From positions 353 to 64,352 of the forward strand of contig CAZVAR010000004.1 in NCBI GenBank assembly GCA_964625225.1: a stretch of DNA of 64,000 bases, in the 5' to 3' direction. Below, piece after piece: positions 35,633-44,049 of the stretch; position 1 is the stretch's first letter; each line of letters begins with the position of its first letter. The DNA comes from an uncultured Alphaproteobacteria bacterium (lineage in GTDB: Bacteria; Pseudomonadota; Alphaproteobacteria; JAJUGE01). Both the position numbers and the translations under genes were made by a program. Under the pieces are notes generated by a model. That model ran no database searches and was not told the origin of the DNA. It worked only from the letters and a program-made list of their open reading frames with translations.

Positions 35633-36514
35633 ATGCTCCCGGGGAAGACCAAGTTCGTGCCCATCAACGTTTCGCCATTGACGCCGGTGTTCGGTGCCGA
35701 GATCGAGGGGGTCGACCTGACCCGCGCCGTCGACCGGGCCACTTTCGCCGAGATCCGGGCAGCCTTCGAGGAATATTCGGTCCTGATCTTTCGTGGCCAG
35801 CCTCTCGACGATGCACAGCAGATCGCCTTCAGCGAGTGCTTCGGGCCGCTCGAGGTCACGGTCAAGGCCAACCCGGCAGGCGGTACGACTTTCGCGCGGC
35901 AGTCGAACCTCGATATCCGTACCGGGGAGATCATTCCGCCGAACGACCGGCGCATGATCTATCAGCGCGCCAACATGCTCTGGCACAGCGACAGCTCGTT
36001 CAAGCCGGTACCGTCGCTCTGCTCGCTGCTCTCCGCCCGCGAGGTCCCGCCCGAGGGCGGCGATACCGAGTTCGCGAGCATGCGCGCTGCCTACGATGCC
36101 TTGCCGGTCGAGACGAAGCGGCGGATCGAGGGGCTGGCCGCGGAACACAGCCTCGCCTACTCGCGCAGCCAAGTCGACCCGACCGTCATGACCGAGGAAC
36201 AGAAGGCGGAGGTTCCTCCGGTGCGCCAGCCGCTGGTCCGGGTCAATCCGGTCAACGGGCGCAAGGCGCTCTTCATCGGAGCCCACGCTTCGCACATCGT
36301 CGGCTGGCCGTTGGACGAGGGGCGGACATTGCTGCAAGATCTGCTGGCCCATGCGACGCAGCCGCCGTTCTGCTATGGCCACCGCTGGCGCGAGGGCGAC
36401 CTCGTCGTCTGGGATAACCGGGCCGTGCTGCATCGTGCAACGCCCTACGACACCGTGAAATACCGCCGGCTGATGCAGCGGACAACGGTGGCAGGTGACG
36501 CGCAGACCGGCTGA
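35633..36514 (+). CDS. TauD/TfdA-family Fe(II)/2-oxoglutarate-dependent dioxygenase
   Basis: The protein begins ...VSPLTPVFGAEIEGVDLTRAVDRATFAEIRAAFEEYSVLIFRGQPLDD... It has the HxD motif WHSDSSF and, near the C-terminus, WDNRAVLHRA. The start is chosen at the ATG at 35633; 35567 and 35612 are alternatives. Confidence 0.8.
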   Translation: MLPGKTKFVPINVSPLTPVFGAEIEGVDLTRAVDRATFAEIRAAFEEYSVLIFRGQPLDDAQQIAFSECFGPLEVTVKANPAGGTTFARQSNLDIRTGEIIPPNDRRMIYQRANMLWHSDSSFKPVPSLCSLLSAREVPPEGGDTEFASMRAAYDALPVETKRRIEGLAAEHSLAYSRSQVDPTVMTEEQKAEVPPVRQPLVRVNPVNGRKALFIGAHASHIVGWPLDEGRTLLQDLLAHATQPPFCYGHRWREGDLVVWDNRAVLHRATPYDTVKYRRLMQRTTVAGDAQTG

Positions 36515-36549
36515 CCCGGGCGGATAAGGACAGCGGGGGAGGGATCATC

Positions 36550-37554
36550 GTGCGGATTCTGGTGACCGATCGGAACTTCGTGGGAGAGCCTGCGCTCGAG
36601 CGAGCGGCGGCCGGGCCGGGTATCGATCTCACCGTCTTCGAGAGCGCGGCCTCGGTTCCGGACTCGGCATGGCGCGAAGCGGACGGGATCATCACCTATC
36701 GCGGCACCGCACAGGTGATGGCCGCCATGCCGCTATTGGAGTGCTGCCGCGTCATCGTGCGCGGCGGGGTCGGGTATGACGGTCTCGACCTCGCCGGACT
36801 CGGAGCGCGGGGGATCGCCGTCTGCACGGTGCCGGACTACGGCACGACGGAAGTCGCCGACCATGCGATCGGGCTGATGCTCGCCCTGCGGCGCGGCATC
36901 GGCTGGTACCACGACCGACTGCGCGCCGATGCGGCCGGCAATTGGGGCTGGGCCGGTCCCCCTTGCCTCGACCGTCTTCGCGGACGGACCGTCGGCATCG
37001 TCGGCCTCGGCCGAATCGGCCTCGCGGCGGCGCGGCGGGCCGCGGCCTTCGATATGCAGGTCCAATTCTACGACCCGCACCTTCCCGACGGGGCGGACCT
37101 TGCCACCGGCTATCGCCGCTTGCGCTCGCCGGAAGCGCTGTTCGAAACATCCGACGTTGTCAGCATCCACACGCCGCTGACCGACGATACGCGCGGCTTC
37201 GTGAATGCCGACCGGCTGCGCCGCATGCCGGAAGGCGCGGTGCTGATCAACACGGCACGCGGTCCGATCGTCGACCTCGACGCCCTGGAAGCCGGTCTCC
37301 GCGAGGGAAGGCCGGCGGGGGCGGCGCTGGATGTGTTGCCGGTCGAGCCGCCGAAACAGCCGCACCCGCTGATCCGAGCCTATATGGACCGCGAGCCCTG
37401 GCTCGAGGGCAGGCTGATCCTGACTCCGCATGCGGCTTTCTATAGCCCACCGGGTCACGAGGACCTGCGGCGGAAAGCGATCGAGACAGCGGCGCTCTTC
37501 CTGCGTGAGGGACAACTGCGCAACTGCGTGAACGCGGCGCTGCTGCAGCGCTGA
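36550..37554 (+). CDS. D-isomer-specific 2-hydroxyacid dehydrogenase family protein (NAD-binding)
   Basis: The start is GTG. The Rossmann motif is GIVGLGRIGLAAARRAAAF and the catalytic region is ...INTARGPIVD...LDV...EP...TPHAAF. It is 334 aa. Confidence 0.8.
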   Translation: MRILVTDRNFVGEPALERAAAGPGIDLTVFESAASVPDSAWREADGIITYRGTAQVMAAMPLLECCRVIVRGGVGYDGLDLAGLGARGIAVCTVPDYGTTEVADHAIGLMLALRRGIGWYHDRLRADAAGNWGWAGPPCLDRLRGRTVGIVGLGRIGLAAARRAAAFDMQVQFYDPHLPDGADLATGYRRLRSPEALFETSDVVSIHTPLTDDTRGFVNADRLRRMPEGAVLINTARGPIVDLDALEAGLREGRPAGAALDVLPVEPPKQPHPLIRAYMDREPWLEGRLILTPHAAFYSPPGHEDLRRKAIETAALFLREGQLRNCVNAALLQR

Positions 37555-37850
37555 CGCTGCTGTCGGCGGCTTAGAACCGCGGCATGCCGCGGGCTGGCCG
37601 TCGCGGTCGGCCCTGACCTCATGCCGGCGGTATATCCGACCGGTCCGCAAGAGCTGCCTCGGTGCGTTGCCGGTCGCTCGCGATCGGACGGGACCGGCCA
37701 AACCCTCGGCCGGATTTTCCCCTTACGGGGTTGACGTGAGGCGGCTGCCGGCACTGTGTCGCCTTGACTCACTGTGCCCGGGATTCTACGTGCTGGCCGG
37801 CCCCGATGGCCCGCCCGGCACAGCCGACCGCATCCAAAGGCTGCCTGCAG

Positions 37851-38474
37851 ATGATGTTCGGACGCCGCGCCCCACTCGGATGGTGGGACCGCTTCCGCCG
37901 CAATATATGGCCACCCGGAGGCTGGCGCCGCACGATCTCCTATCATGGCCACCGTCTTGCGCGTATGCGGGCGTCGCCGCATGCTGTCGCGGCCGGACTC
38001 GCCTGCGGCGTGGCAATCGGGGTGACACCTTTGCTGGGTCTGCAGCTCCTGCTGGCCGCGGCGTTGGCGCTGATCATGCGCGGCAGTGTGCTCGCCTCGG
38101 TGGCAGGTACATTCGTTGCCAATCCCTGGACGGTGCCGATCATCTGGCTGGCGACCTTCCGTCTCGGGAGTTGGATGCTGTTCGGCGACGCCACTGCCGT
38201 TGCGGAAAACGGGATCAGTGACGCCCTCGTCGATATCGGCGAGGCGGTTCGTGCCCGCGACTATGACCGGCTCGAGGCGGAGCTTTGGCCCATTCTGTTC
38301 TGCATGCTGGTCGGGAGCCTGCCGCTCGGCGCGGCGGCATGGTGCCTCACCTATTGGCCCGCGCGCAGGCTGGTACGCCGCTACCGGGCGCGCCGGCGCT
38401 GGGGGCGGCGGCAGGTAGGTGTATTCGCGGCTAACCGTGCAGCCCGCGCCGACAGCGGTCCGGGCAACTCGTGA
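37851..38474 (+). CDS. DUF2062-domain membrane protein
   Basis: The ATG at 37851 gives MMFGRRAPLGWWDRFRRNIWPPGGWRRTISYHGHRLARMRASPHAVAAGLACGVAIGVTPLLGLQ..., the typical DUF2062 N-terminus. An ATG at 37806 is an alternative start. Confidence 0.7.
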   Translation: MMFGRRAPLGWWDRFRRNIWPPGGWRRTISYHGHRLARMRASPHAVAAGLACGVAIGVTPLLGLQLLLAAALALIMRGSVLASVAGTFVANPWTVPIIWLATFRLGSWMLFGDATAVAENGISDALVDIGEAVRARDYDRLEAELWPILFCMLVGSLPLGAAAWCLTYWPARRLVRRYRARRRWGRRQVGVFAANRAARADSGPGNS

Positions 38475-38627
38475 ACGGCCGGCCGCCGGGTGAGCATCGT
38501 TACGCGACGATGCGGTCCGCTGGCAGCAGGATCTCCACATCGGTGCCCCGGCCGACCGTGCTGCGGATCGACAGGCAGCCCGCGTGCATCTCCGAAGGGA
38601 CCAAGGGTGGCAAGCGCTCCTGTCGGC

Positions 38628-40034
38628 CTAGCCGGCGGACTGCGGTGCGGTGGCGCGGGGAATGAGGCGCATTCTTGTCCCTTCCTGCGGCCGCAACGTG
38701 ATCATCGGCTCCGGCTTCGGTTCGATGCCGTCCGGAAGGGTGAGGCGCCAGCGCTGCGCCACCATGGCTAGCATGATCTGCGCCTCCATCAGCGCAAACC
38801 GGTTACCGAGGCAGATCCGGGGGCCGCCACCGAACGGGAAATAGGCGTAGCGCGGCCGTTCGGCCTGCATTTCGGGCCGGAAGCGGTCCGGGTCGAACCG
38901 GTCCGGTTCGTGCCAGAAGCGGGGGTGGCGGTGCACGGCGTAGGGACAGAGCATGACCGTAGTGCCACGCGGGATCCGTGTGCCCGCAATCGTGTCTTCG
39001 GCGACGGCGGCCCGGGAGATGGTCCAGACGGGCGGGTAGATCCGCATGGCCTCTTCGAACACCATCCGTGTGTAGGGGAGCCGGCCGAGATCGGCGAAGT
39101 TTGGCGTGCGACCGCCGAGCACCTTGTCTACCTCACGATGCAGGCGTGCCTCCACCTCGGGATTGCGGGCCAGCAGGCAGAAGGTCCAGGCGAGGGCGCA
39201 GGCCGTGCTCTCGTGGCCGGCGGCGATCATCGATACCACCTGGTCGCGCAGGACCGCCTGGGCCCGCGGACCCTCCCGATCGGCCGCGGCAATCAGCGCG
39301 GACAGCAGATCCTCAGGCGGCCGGGCTTCCGCGCGGCGATCCCGGATCAGTCGTTCCACGATCGTGTCCACGGTCGCGAGCGCTTGCCGATATGAAGGGT
39401 CGAGCCGGCGCAGAAGCGGATCGGGGACGGGCATGAACGACCAGACCTGACGTTCGATCCGCCTGAGAATCTCGGTCAGCGCCGAATGCAGCGCGTCGTA
39501 TTCGCCGCTCAGGCGCACGCGGAACAGTGCGCGGGTCAGGGCATCGAGCGTGAGCCGCATCATCTCGGGCATCAATACGATGGTACCGTCCGTCGCTTTT
39601 CCGGAGCCTTGCCAGCGGTCGAGCATGTCGGAGGCGGCCCCGGCGATGTCCCGTGCCATGGCTTCGAAACGCAAGCCGCCGAAAAACGGATTGGCGGTTC
39701 GCCGTTGTGCCAGCCAGGTATTGCCCTCGCTGAGGAAGATGCCGCCGCCGAGGAGTGGCCTGAAGGCCCGGTAGAACCGGCTCTTCCGATAGTTCCGGTG
39801 ATTGTCCTGCAGCACATGCTTCACCGCGGCGGGATGGTTGATCATTACCACGGGTGCGGTGCCGATGGCGAACCGGACAACGTCGCCGTAGCGGAGCATC
39901 AGGTCGACGAAATACTGCAACGGGTCGCGTCGCAGCTCGAGCGCCACGCCGAGCAGCGGCAGACCGCGTGGCCCTCGCCGCGATGGCGCGCCCCGTGGCG
40001 CGCCCGCGGCGAGGGATGTTGAAGGGTCGGTCAT
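38628..40034 (-). CDS. Cytochrome P450 monooxygenase (CYP4/CYP102-like sequence style)
   Basis: The heme-thiolate loop is FPFGGGPRICLGNRFALMEAQ. The ExxR motif is EEAMRIYPP and the I-helix is ...MIAAGHESTA... The preferred start is the ATG at 40034, 10 nt after the stop of orf76. An ATG at 40058, overlapping orf76 by 14 nt, is also possible. No ferredoxin or reductase gene is adjacent. Confidence 0.88.
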   Translation of the reverse strand: MTDPSTSLAAGAPRGAPSRRGPRGLPLLGVALELRRDPLQYFVDLMLRYGDVVRFAIGTAPVVMINHPAAVKHVLQDNHRNYRKSRFYRAFRPLLGGGIFLSEGNTWLAQRRTANPFFGGLRFEAMARDIAGAASDMLDRWQGSGKATDGTIVLMPEMMRLTLDALTRALFRVRLSGEYDALHSALTEILRRIERQVWSFMPVPDPLLRRLDPSYRQALATVDTIVERLIRDRRAEARPPEDLLSALIAAADREGPRAQAVLRDQVVSMIAAGHESTACALAWTFCLLARNPEVEARLHREVDKVLGGRTPNFADLGRLPYTRMVFEEAMRIYPPVWTISRAAVAEDTIAGTRIPRGTTVMLCPYAVHRHPRFWHEPDRFDPDRFRPEMQAERPRYAYFPFGGGPRICLGNRFALMEAQIMLAMVAQRWRLTLPDGIEPKPEPMITLRPQEGTRMRLIPRATAPQSAG

Positions 40035-40044
40035 ACGGCCGGGT

Positions 40045-40275
40045 TCAGCGACTCCCATTGGCGCGCAGTGGCTCGCCGGCGTCGTATGTCGGACGGGCGT
40101 CCCTCGCGGCGCCGTCGCGCTCGATGATCTCGGAGGTCGCCGCGGCGGCCGCACCGATGAAGTGGGCCGGCAGCCGGAGGCCGGCGATCATCGCCTGCCG
40201 GTACAAATAGTCGAGACAGCCTTTCAGGGCCTGCGGCGTGCACACGATTTCGTCGAAACCGAACTGGTTGTTCAT
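40045..40275 (-). CDS. Small protein of unknown function (76 aa) between luxI and the P450
   Basis: The sequence is MNNQFGFDEIVCTPQALKGCLDYLYRQAMIAGLRLPAHFIGAAAAATSEIIERDGAARDARPTYDAGEPLRANGSR. A strong SD lies upstream (minus strand TTAGGAGATAC then ATG). Codons are G/C-ending like the neighbours. It starts 20 nt after the luxI stop. I recognised no family. Confidence 0.6.
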   Translation of the reverse strand: MNNQFGFDEIVCTPQALKGCLDYLYRQAMIAGLRLPAHFIGAAAAATSEIIERDGAARDARPTYDAGEPLRANGSR

Positions 40276-40295
40276 GAGTATCTCCTAAGGTTCTC

Positions 40296-40997
40296 TCAAG
40301 CCGCCTGTAGCTGCCGAGCGTGCACCTGCGGCGGCGGCGCGGTACGAAGCGGGGATCGACGGAGGGCCGGCGGTGGCTGGCGCAGCACCGGGCCTTCGAT
40401 GCCCCCTCGTTCCCGGATGCGCGCCAGCACCCGGTCGTCGATGTCGAAGCGGCCCGCCATGGCAATGGTGTTGCCGATCCGACGCGGCGCGCTGCGCCAG
40501 CGCGGCTCGCAGCCGATTCTCGGCAGCAGCCGCGCGATGCGGGCGTCGTAAACGGTGACGACCTCGTCGACGCCGTAGGCCATGCACAGCTCGACGACGG
40601 CACAGAAGATTTCGCTGGTGATCCGACTGAGGGCGGCGAGGCCGCTGCCGCCGATGTCGCCGTTGCGCCGGCCGGCATCCACCGCGAAGCGGCTGCCCTC
40701 CCAGATGCGGGGATGGCGTGGCGGAGGAGCGCCGTCCAGAAGTTCCGGGAAGACGTCTCGGAGCATGTACGGCCCGGTGGTGGGGAGCATCCGCCAGGTC
40801 CCGACCAGATGCTCATCGTCATCGAATGCCAGCAGGTAGATGGGATCCAGGCTATCGAAGCGGTCCCACTCGAATCCCTCCTCGACGTCGACGTCCCAGT
40901 CGAGACGGCCCTTGAACACGCGGCAGCGCAGCCGGTGCATCTCGAGGATATCGCGGCGCCGTGTCGCCCAGTCCGAATTGGTCAGACAATCGATCAT
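40296..40997 (-). CDS. luxI: LuxI-family acyl-homoserine-lactone synthase
   Basis: The ATG at 40997 gives MIDCLTNSDWATRRRDILEMHRLRCRVFKGRLDWDVDVEEGFEWDRFD...EGSRFAVD...IGNTIAMAGRF. These blocks align with my recollection of TraI/LuxI blocks (MHRLR..VF.GRL.WDV, E.D.YD, ESSRF.VD, IGNTIAIAG). The track ORF starts at a TTG at 41030. Confidence 0.9.
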   Translation of the reverse strand: MIDCLTNSDWATRRRDILEMHRLRCRVFKGRLDWDVDVEEGFEWDRFDSLDPIYLLAFDDDEHLVGTWRMLPTTGPYMLRDVFPELLDGAPPPRHPRIWEGSRFAVDAGRRNGDIGGSGLAALSRITSEIFCAVVELCMAYGVDEVVTVYDARIARLLPRIGCEPRWRSAPRRIGNTIAMAGRFDIDDRVLARIRERGGIEGPVLRQPPPALRRSPLRTAPPPQVHARQLQAA

Positions 40998-41001
40998 GGC
41001 C

Positions 41002-41048
41002 CCCTTCCCGATGCTTGCCTTCAGGGGCAATTTGCCGATCGGAAGGGG
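41002..41048. promoter_or_regulatory. Nested dyad symmetry immediately upstream of the luxI start; candidate LuxR box or SD-sequestering hairpin
   Basis: CCCTTCCCGAT (41002-41012) and ATCGGAAGGGG (41038-41048) are imperfect inverted repeats, matching 9 of 11 positions. They flank the perfect palindrome GGCAATTTGCC (41026-41036). On the luxI mRNA strand the 3' arm contains the GGGAAGGGGG Shine-Dalgarno region. Confidence 0.3.
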
Positions 41049-41114
41049 AATGGACAGCCCGCCAGAATTGGGGGTTGCCGGGTCGCCCGGCGGTAGCGCC
41101 CGGGCAGCGGGCCA

Positions 41115-41843
41115 TCAGGGCACGATGAGGCCGAGCAGGATCGCTTTCACCACCGCGTGTGTCTTGTTGTGAACACCCAGCTTGGAAGCCGCCGATTTGA
41201 GATAGTGTACGACCGTTTCCTGAGAGAGATTGAGAATCGTTGCGACTTCCCAGGCGGTCTTGCCGCGGGCCGACCACAGCAGGCACTCGCGCTCGCGCGG
41301 CGCGAGCTGGGGCAGCTTCCGTCCAGCACTCGCCAGCGTCCGCTCGAGCACGGCCTCGTGGCTGTAGATCGCGATGAGATGGAGGGCGTGTCGAAATTCG
41401 GGCCACCGTGCGCGGAAGCCGTCGGGTGGTACGCGGGCGGCGACGTTCAGCGTGGCGAGGCCACGCCCTGGCCCATGCACCGGGACCGTGATGCCGCATC
41501 GGAGCCCGAACTCGCTTGCCTCCGCGATCATCCGGCGCTGCGGTCCATTGGCCGGTAGGGTCCGCTGCAGGCTCTCCCAGGTGAAAGGGGTGAGCGTGCG
41601 CGAGGCAGCCGGCATTACAGGATCGATGTTGACATAGTCGTTGGCGACATAGTGCTCGGTCCAGCCTTCGGGATAACTGCCGAAATAGATGGGCTCGTGC
41701 GGGCTGTCCGGAGCGTGCAGGACGAGATACGCGAAGCGGTCGAATCCCAAGCCGGTAATCTCGCGCTCGATCAGTGCGGACACGGACGGGGCATCGGGCG
41801 CCGCCTGCAAGTCGCGGATGAAGTCTTCCAGCCGATCGAGCAT
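41115..41843 (-). CDS. luxR: LuxR-family AHL-responsive transcriptional regulator
   Basis: The N-terminal autoinducer-binding domain carries the conserved W..Y...DP and W positions (GWTEHYVANDYVNIDPV, TPFTWESL). The C-terminal HTH is LAPRERECLLWSARGKTAWEVATILNLSQETVVHYLKSAASKLGVHNKTHAV. Confidence 0.9.
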   Translation of the reverse strand: MLDRLEDFIRDLQAAPDAPSVSALIEREITGLGFDRFAYLVLHAPDSPHEPIYFGSYPEGWTEHYVANDYVNIDPVMPAASRTLTPFTWESLQRTLPANGPQRRMIAEASEFGLRCGITVPVHGPGRGLATLNVAARVPPDGFRARWPEFRHALHLIAIYSHEAVLERTLASAGRKLPQLAPRERECLLWSARGKTAWEVATILNLSQETVVHYLKSAASKLGVHNKTHAVVKAILLGLIVP

Positions 41844-42182
41844 TACCGCCTTCCCCGATGCGCCAGCATCAGCATGCGGGCTTGGCGACCCGGCTATGCG
41901 AGTGAGCGGGCCTACTTGCAGGCGCAGTGTAATCCATGCGGCAACCGTTTGTCCTCAGATGATGAGGCCTTCGCCTGCGCGTCTTCGGCGCATTCGTTCT
42001 CGTGCCATGCGGTCGGCCGCCGCCAGGATATCGCGCGGATGGTAGAGCGGCGCGTGTGAAGTGAAATCCTATCTCTTACGGTTGTAAATCGTTGACAAAT
42101 TCCTGCGGTCCGGTAAAGTCGATCGTCCGGACCCGGATGCAACACCAAGGCGTGCGGGTCATCATCGCGAAAGGGCAAGGGC

Positions 42183-42686
42183 ATGTACCGAAGGCTCGCG
42201 CTGATGTTGCTCATGGTCGGCGCGGGCCTTGCGGGACCGCTGCCGGCTGCCGCGACCATTCTCATTAAGGTCCAGCCGGATGGCGGTGTCTTGGTGCTGG
42301 CTGGTGACGGGTCGGAACGTGTCATTCCTGCCGACGCCGTCTCGGCACTCGAGCTGGGTCTGCTCGGACAGGAGGATCCCGCGGCCGTGGAAGCGACGGT
42401 TGCCGAGGTCGTCCAGGCCTGGACGGAAAGCGACCCGGTCCTTGCGACCGCGATCGCCGCGTACGCGCTGACACTGGTGCCGGAGGGGCTCGGAACTGCG
42501 GTCATCGCCGGCGCGCAGGCGGGGAATCCGGAGGCCGCCGGGGCGATCGCGGTTGCGGTGGGGCCGGCGCGGAGCGGTAGCTCTAGCGGGGTTTGGGGCG
42601 GCGCGGCCGGCAGCATCCATCTCGGGATCGGCGGGATCGGTGGGAATACCGCCGAGGTTCAGAACGCCAGCCCGACGACGCTCTGA
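42183..42686 (+). CDS. Secreted Ala/Gly-rich hypothetical protein
   Basis: The signal peptide is MYRRLALMLLMVGAGLAGPLPAAAT. There is an SD-like AAGGG upstream, and coding-like codon usage. It is the first gene on the plus strand after the luxR divergent region. I recognised no family. Confidence 0.55.
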   Translation: MYRRLALMLLMVGAGLAGPLPAAATILIKVQPDGGVLVLAGDGSERVIPADAVSALELGLLGQEDPAAVEATVAEVVQAWTESDPVLATAIAAYALTLVPEGLGTAVIAGAQAGNPEAAGAIAVAVGPARSGSSSGVWGGAAGSIHLGIGGIGGNTAEVQNASPTTL

Positions 42687-42757
42687 GCCGGCAGCGGGGC
42701 GCCCGCTCCGGAGGATGGGGCATCGGCCCAGGCAACAGCGACGTTTTCGGGGGGCCA

Positions 42758-44017
42758 ATGCAACAGTCGACAGTGAGCTTCGCTGCAGCGCTCGCCGCAG
42801 GGGCGGCCGTCTTCACTTGGCCTCAAGCCGTCGGGGCCCGGGAGGAGGACCGCAAGGAAACGGTGATGAGCCGCCCGCGGCCCGAGGTCGATCCGCTGGG
42901 TATCCGTCTCGGGTCGTTCTTGCTCTACCCGGCACTGACCCTCGGGATCGAGTTTGACGACAACATCTATCGGAACGACGAGGACCGTGATGCCGACCTG
43001 ATCGGCCGTATCGTCCCGCGCGCCCGGCTTGTCTCGGACTGGAACGACCACGCGCTGGAACTGGCCGGGTATCTGGACGTCGGCGAGTATTTCTGGAACC
43101 CGAGCGAGAATTTCGTCGATGGGGCGATCGGCGCCGCCGGGCGCATCGACCTGACCGGGGCGACCGGGATTCTTGCCGGCGCCCAGTACGAGGCTCTGCA
43201 CGAGGACCGCGGCAGCCCCGATGCCCGCGCCGGCACGGAGCCGACCGAGTTTCAGCGCATAAGCGCCAATCTCGGTGTCTCACACCGCTTCAGCCGCCTT
43301 TCGGTACTGGCAGAGGCGCGCTATGTCGGCCTCGACTTCAACGATACCGAGACCGCAGCGGGCGTCATCAACAATGACGACCGTGATCGCGACATCTATC
43401 TCTTCGCTGCCCGTGCCGGGTTCGAGTTCCTACCCCAGAACGAGGCCTTTGCCCGGATCGTCTACAACGTCCGCGACTATGACGCGTCGCTCGACGATTT
43501 CGGCCTGGACCGGGACTCGGAAGGCTACGAGATCGTCGTCGGCACTCAGTTCGATCTCACCGGCATTACTTACGGGGAAGTCTTCGTCGGCTATCGCGAG
43601 CAGCGCTATGACGATCGGGCGCTCGGGACGATCGACGGGCTTACCTTCGGTGCGAGGTTAACCTCCAACGTTACCCAACTGACCACGGTGCAGCTCCTTG
43701 TTGATCGCGAGATCGAGGAGACCAGCATCGCCGCCGCCGAGGGCTATTGGACAACCGCGGTTCGCGCGACGGTCGACCATGAACTGCTGCGGAACCTCAT
43801 CCTGTCGGGCAGCGTGGGATACACATGGAACGAATACAAAGGAATCGGCCGCGACGACGGCACCTTCCGCGTCACCGTGGGGGCTGACTGCCTGGTGAAC
43901 CGCCTGATTACGGTGGGAGGCTCGTACGACTTCGAGCGCCGCAAGTCGAACGGTGCTGCCGCGGGGGTCGATTATACGTCCAACCGGGTGTTGCTGAAGA
44001 TCACCGGCCATTTTTGA
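42758..44017 (+). CDS. Outer-membrane beta-barrel protein of polysaccharide loci (putative beta-barrel porin-2-like)
   Basis: The ATG at 42758 gives MQQSTVSFAAALAAGAAVFTWPQAVGA, a signal peptide. It is followed by LGIRLGSFLLYPALTLGIEFDDNIYRN...LVSDWNDHALEL..., with alternating-hydrophobic strands and a C-terminal aromatic residue (…LLKITGHF). Confidence 0.65.
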   Translation: MQQSTVSFAAALAAGAAVFTWPQAVGAREEDRKETVMSRPRPEVDPLGIRLGSFLLYPALTLGIEFDDNIYRNDEDRDADLIGRIVPRARLVSDWNDHALELAGYLDVGEYFWNPSENFVDGAIGAAGRIDLTGATGILAGAQYEALHEDRGSPDARAGTEPTEFQRISANLGVSHRFSRLSVLAEARYVGLDFNDTETAAGVINNDDRDRDIYLFAARAGFEFLPQNEAFARIVYNVRDYDASLDDFGLDRDSEGYEIVVGTQFDLTGITYGEVFVGYREQRYDDRALGTIDGLTFGARLTSNVTQLTTVQLLVDREIEETSIAAAEGYWTTAVRATVDHELLRNLILSGSVGYTWNEYKGIGRDDGTFRVTVGADCLVNRLITVGGSYDFERRKSNGAAAGVDYTSNRVLLKITGHF

Positions 44018-44049
44018 GCGGCGGGCGAACCGCGGAAGGAGGGGTCCGA

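Noticed and set aside
37577-37592. A perfect 16-nt palindrome CCGCGGCATGCCGCGG after the 2-hydroxyacid dehydrogenase stop, and a similar hairpin GCATCGT-TACGCG-ACGATGC at 38494-38513 between the DUF2062 and P450 genes, both considered as rho-independent terminators.
   Set aside because: The stems are short and neither is followed by a U-tract on either strand. They may still be weak or bidirectional terminators or REP-like elements, but the sequence alone does not justify annotating them.
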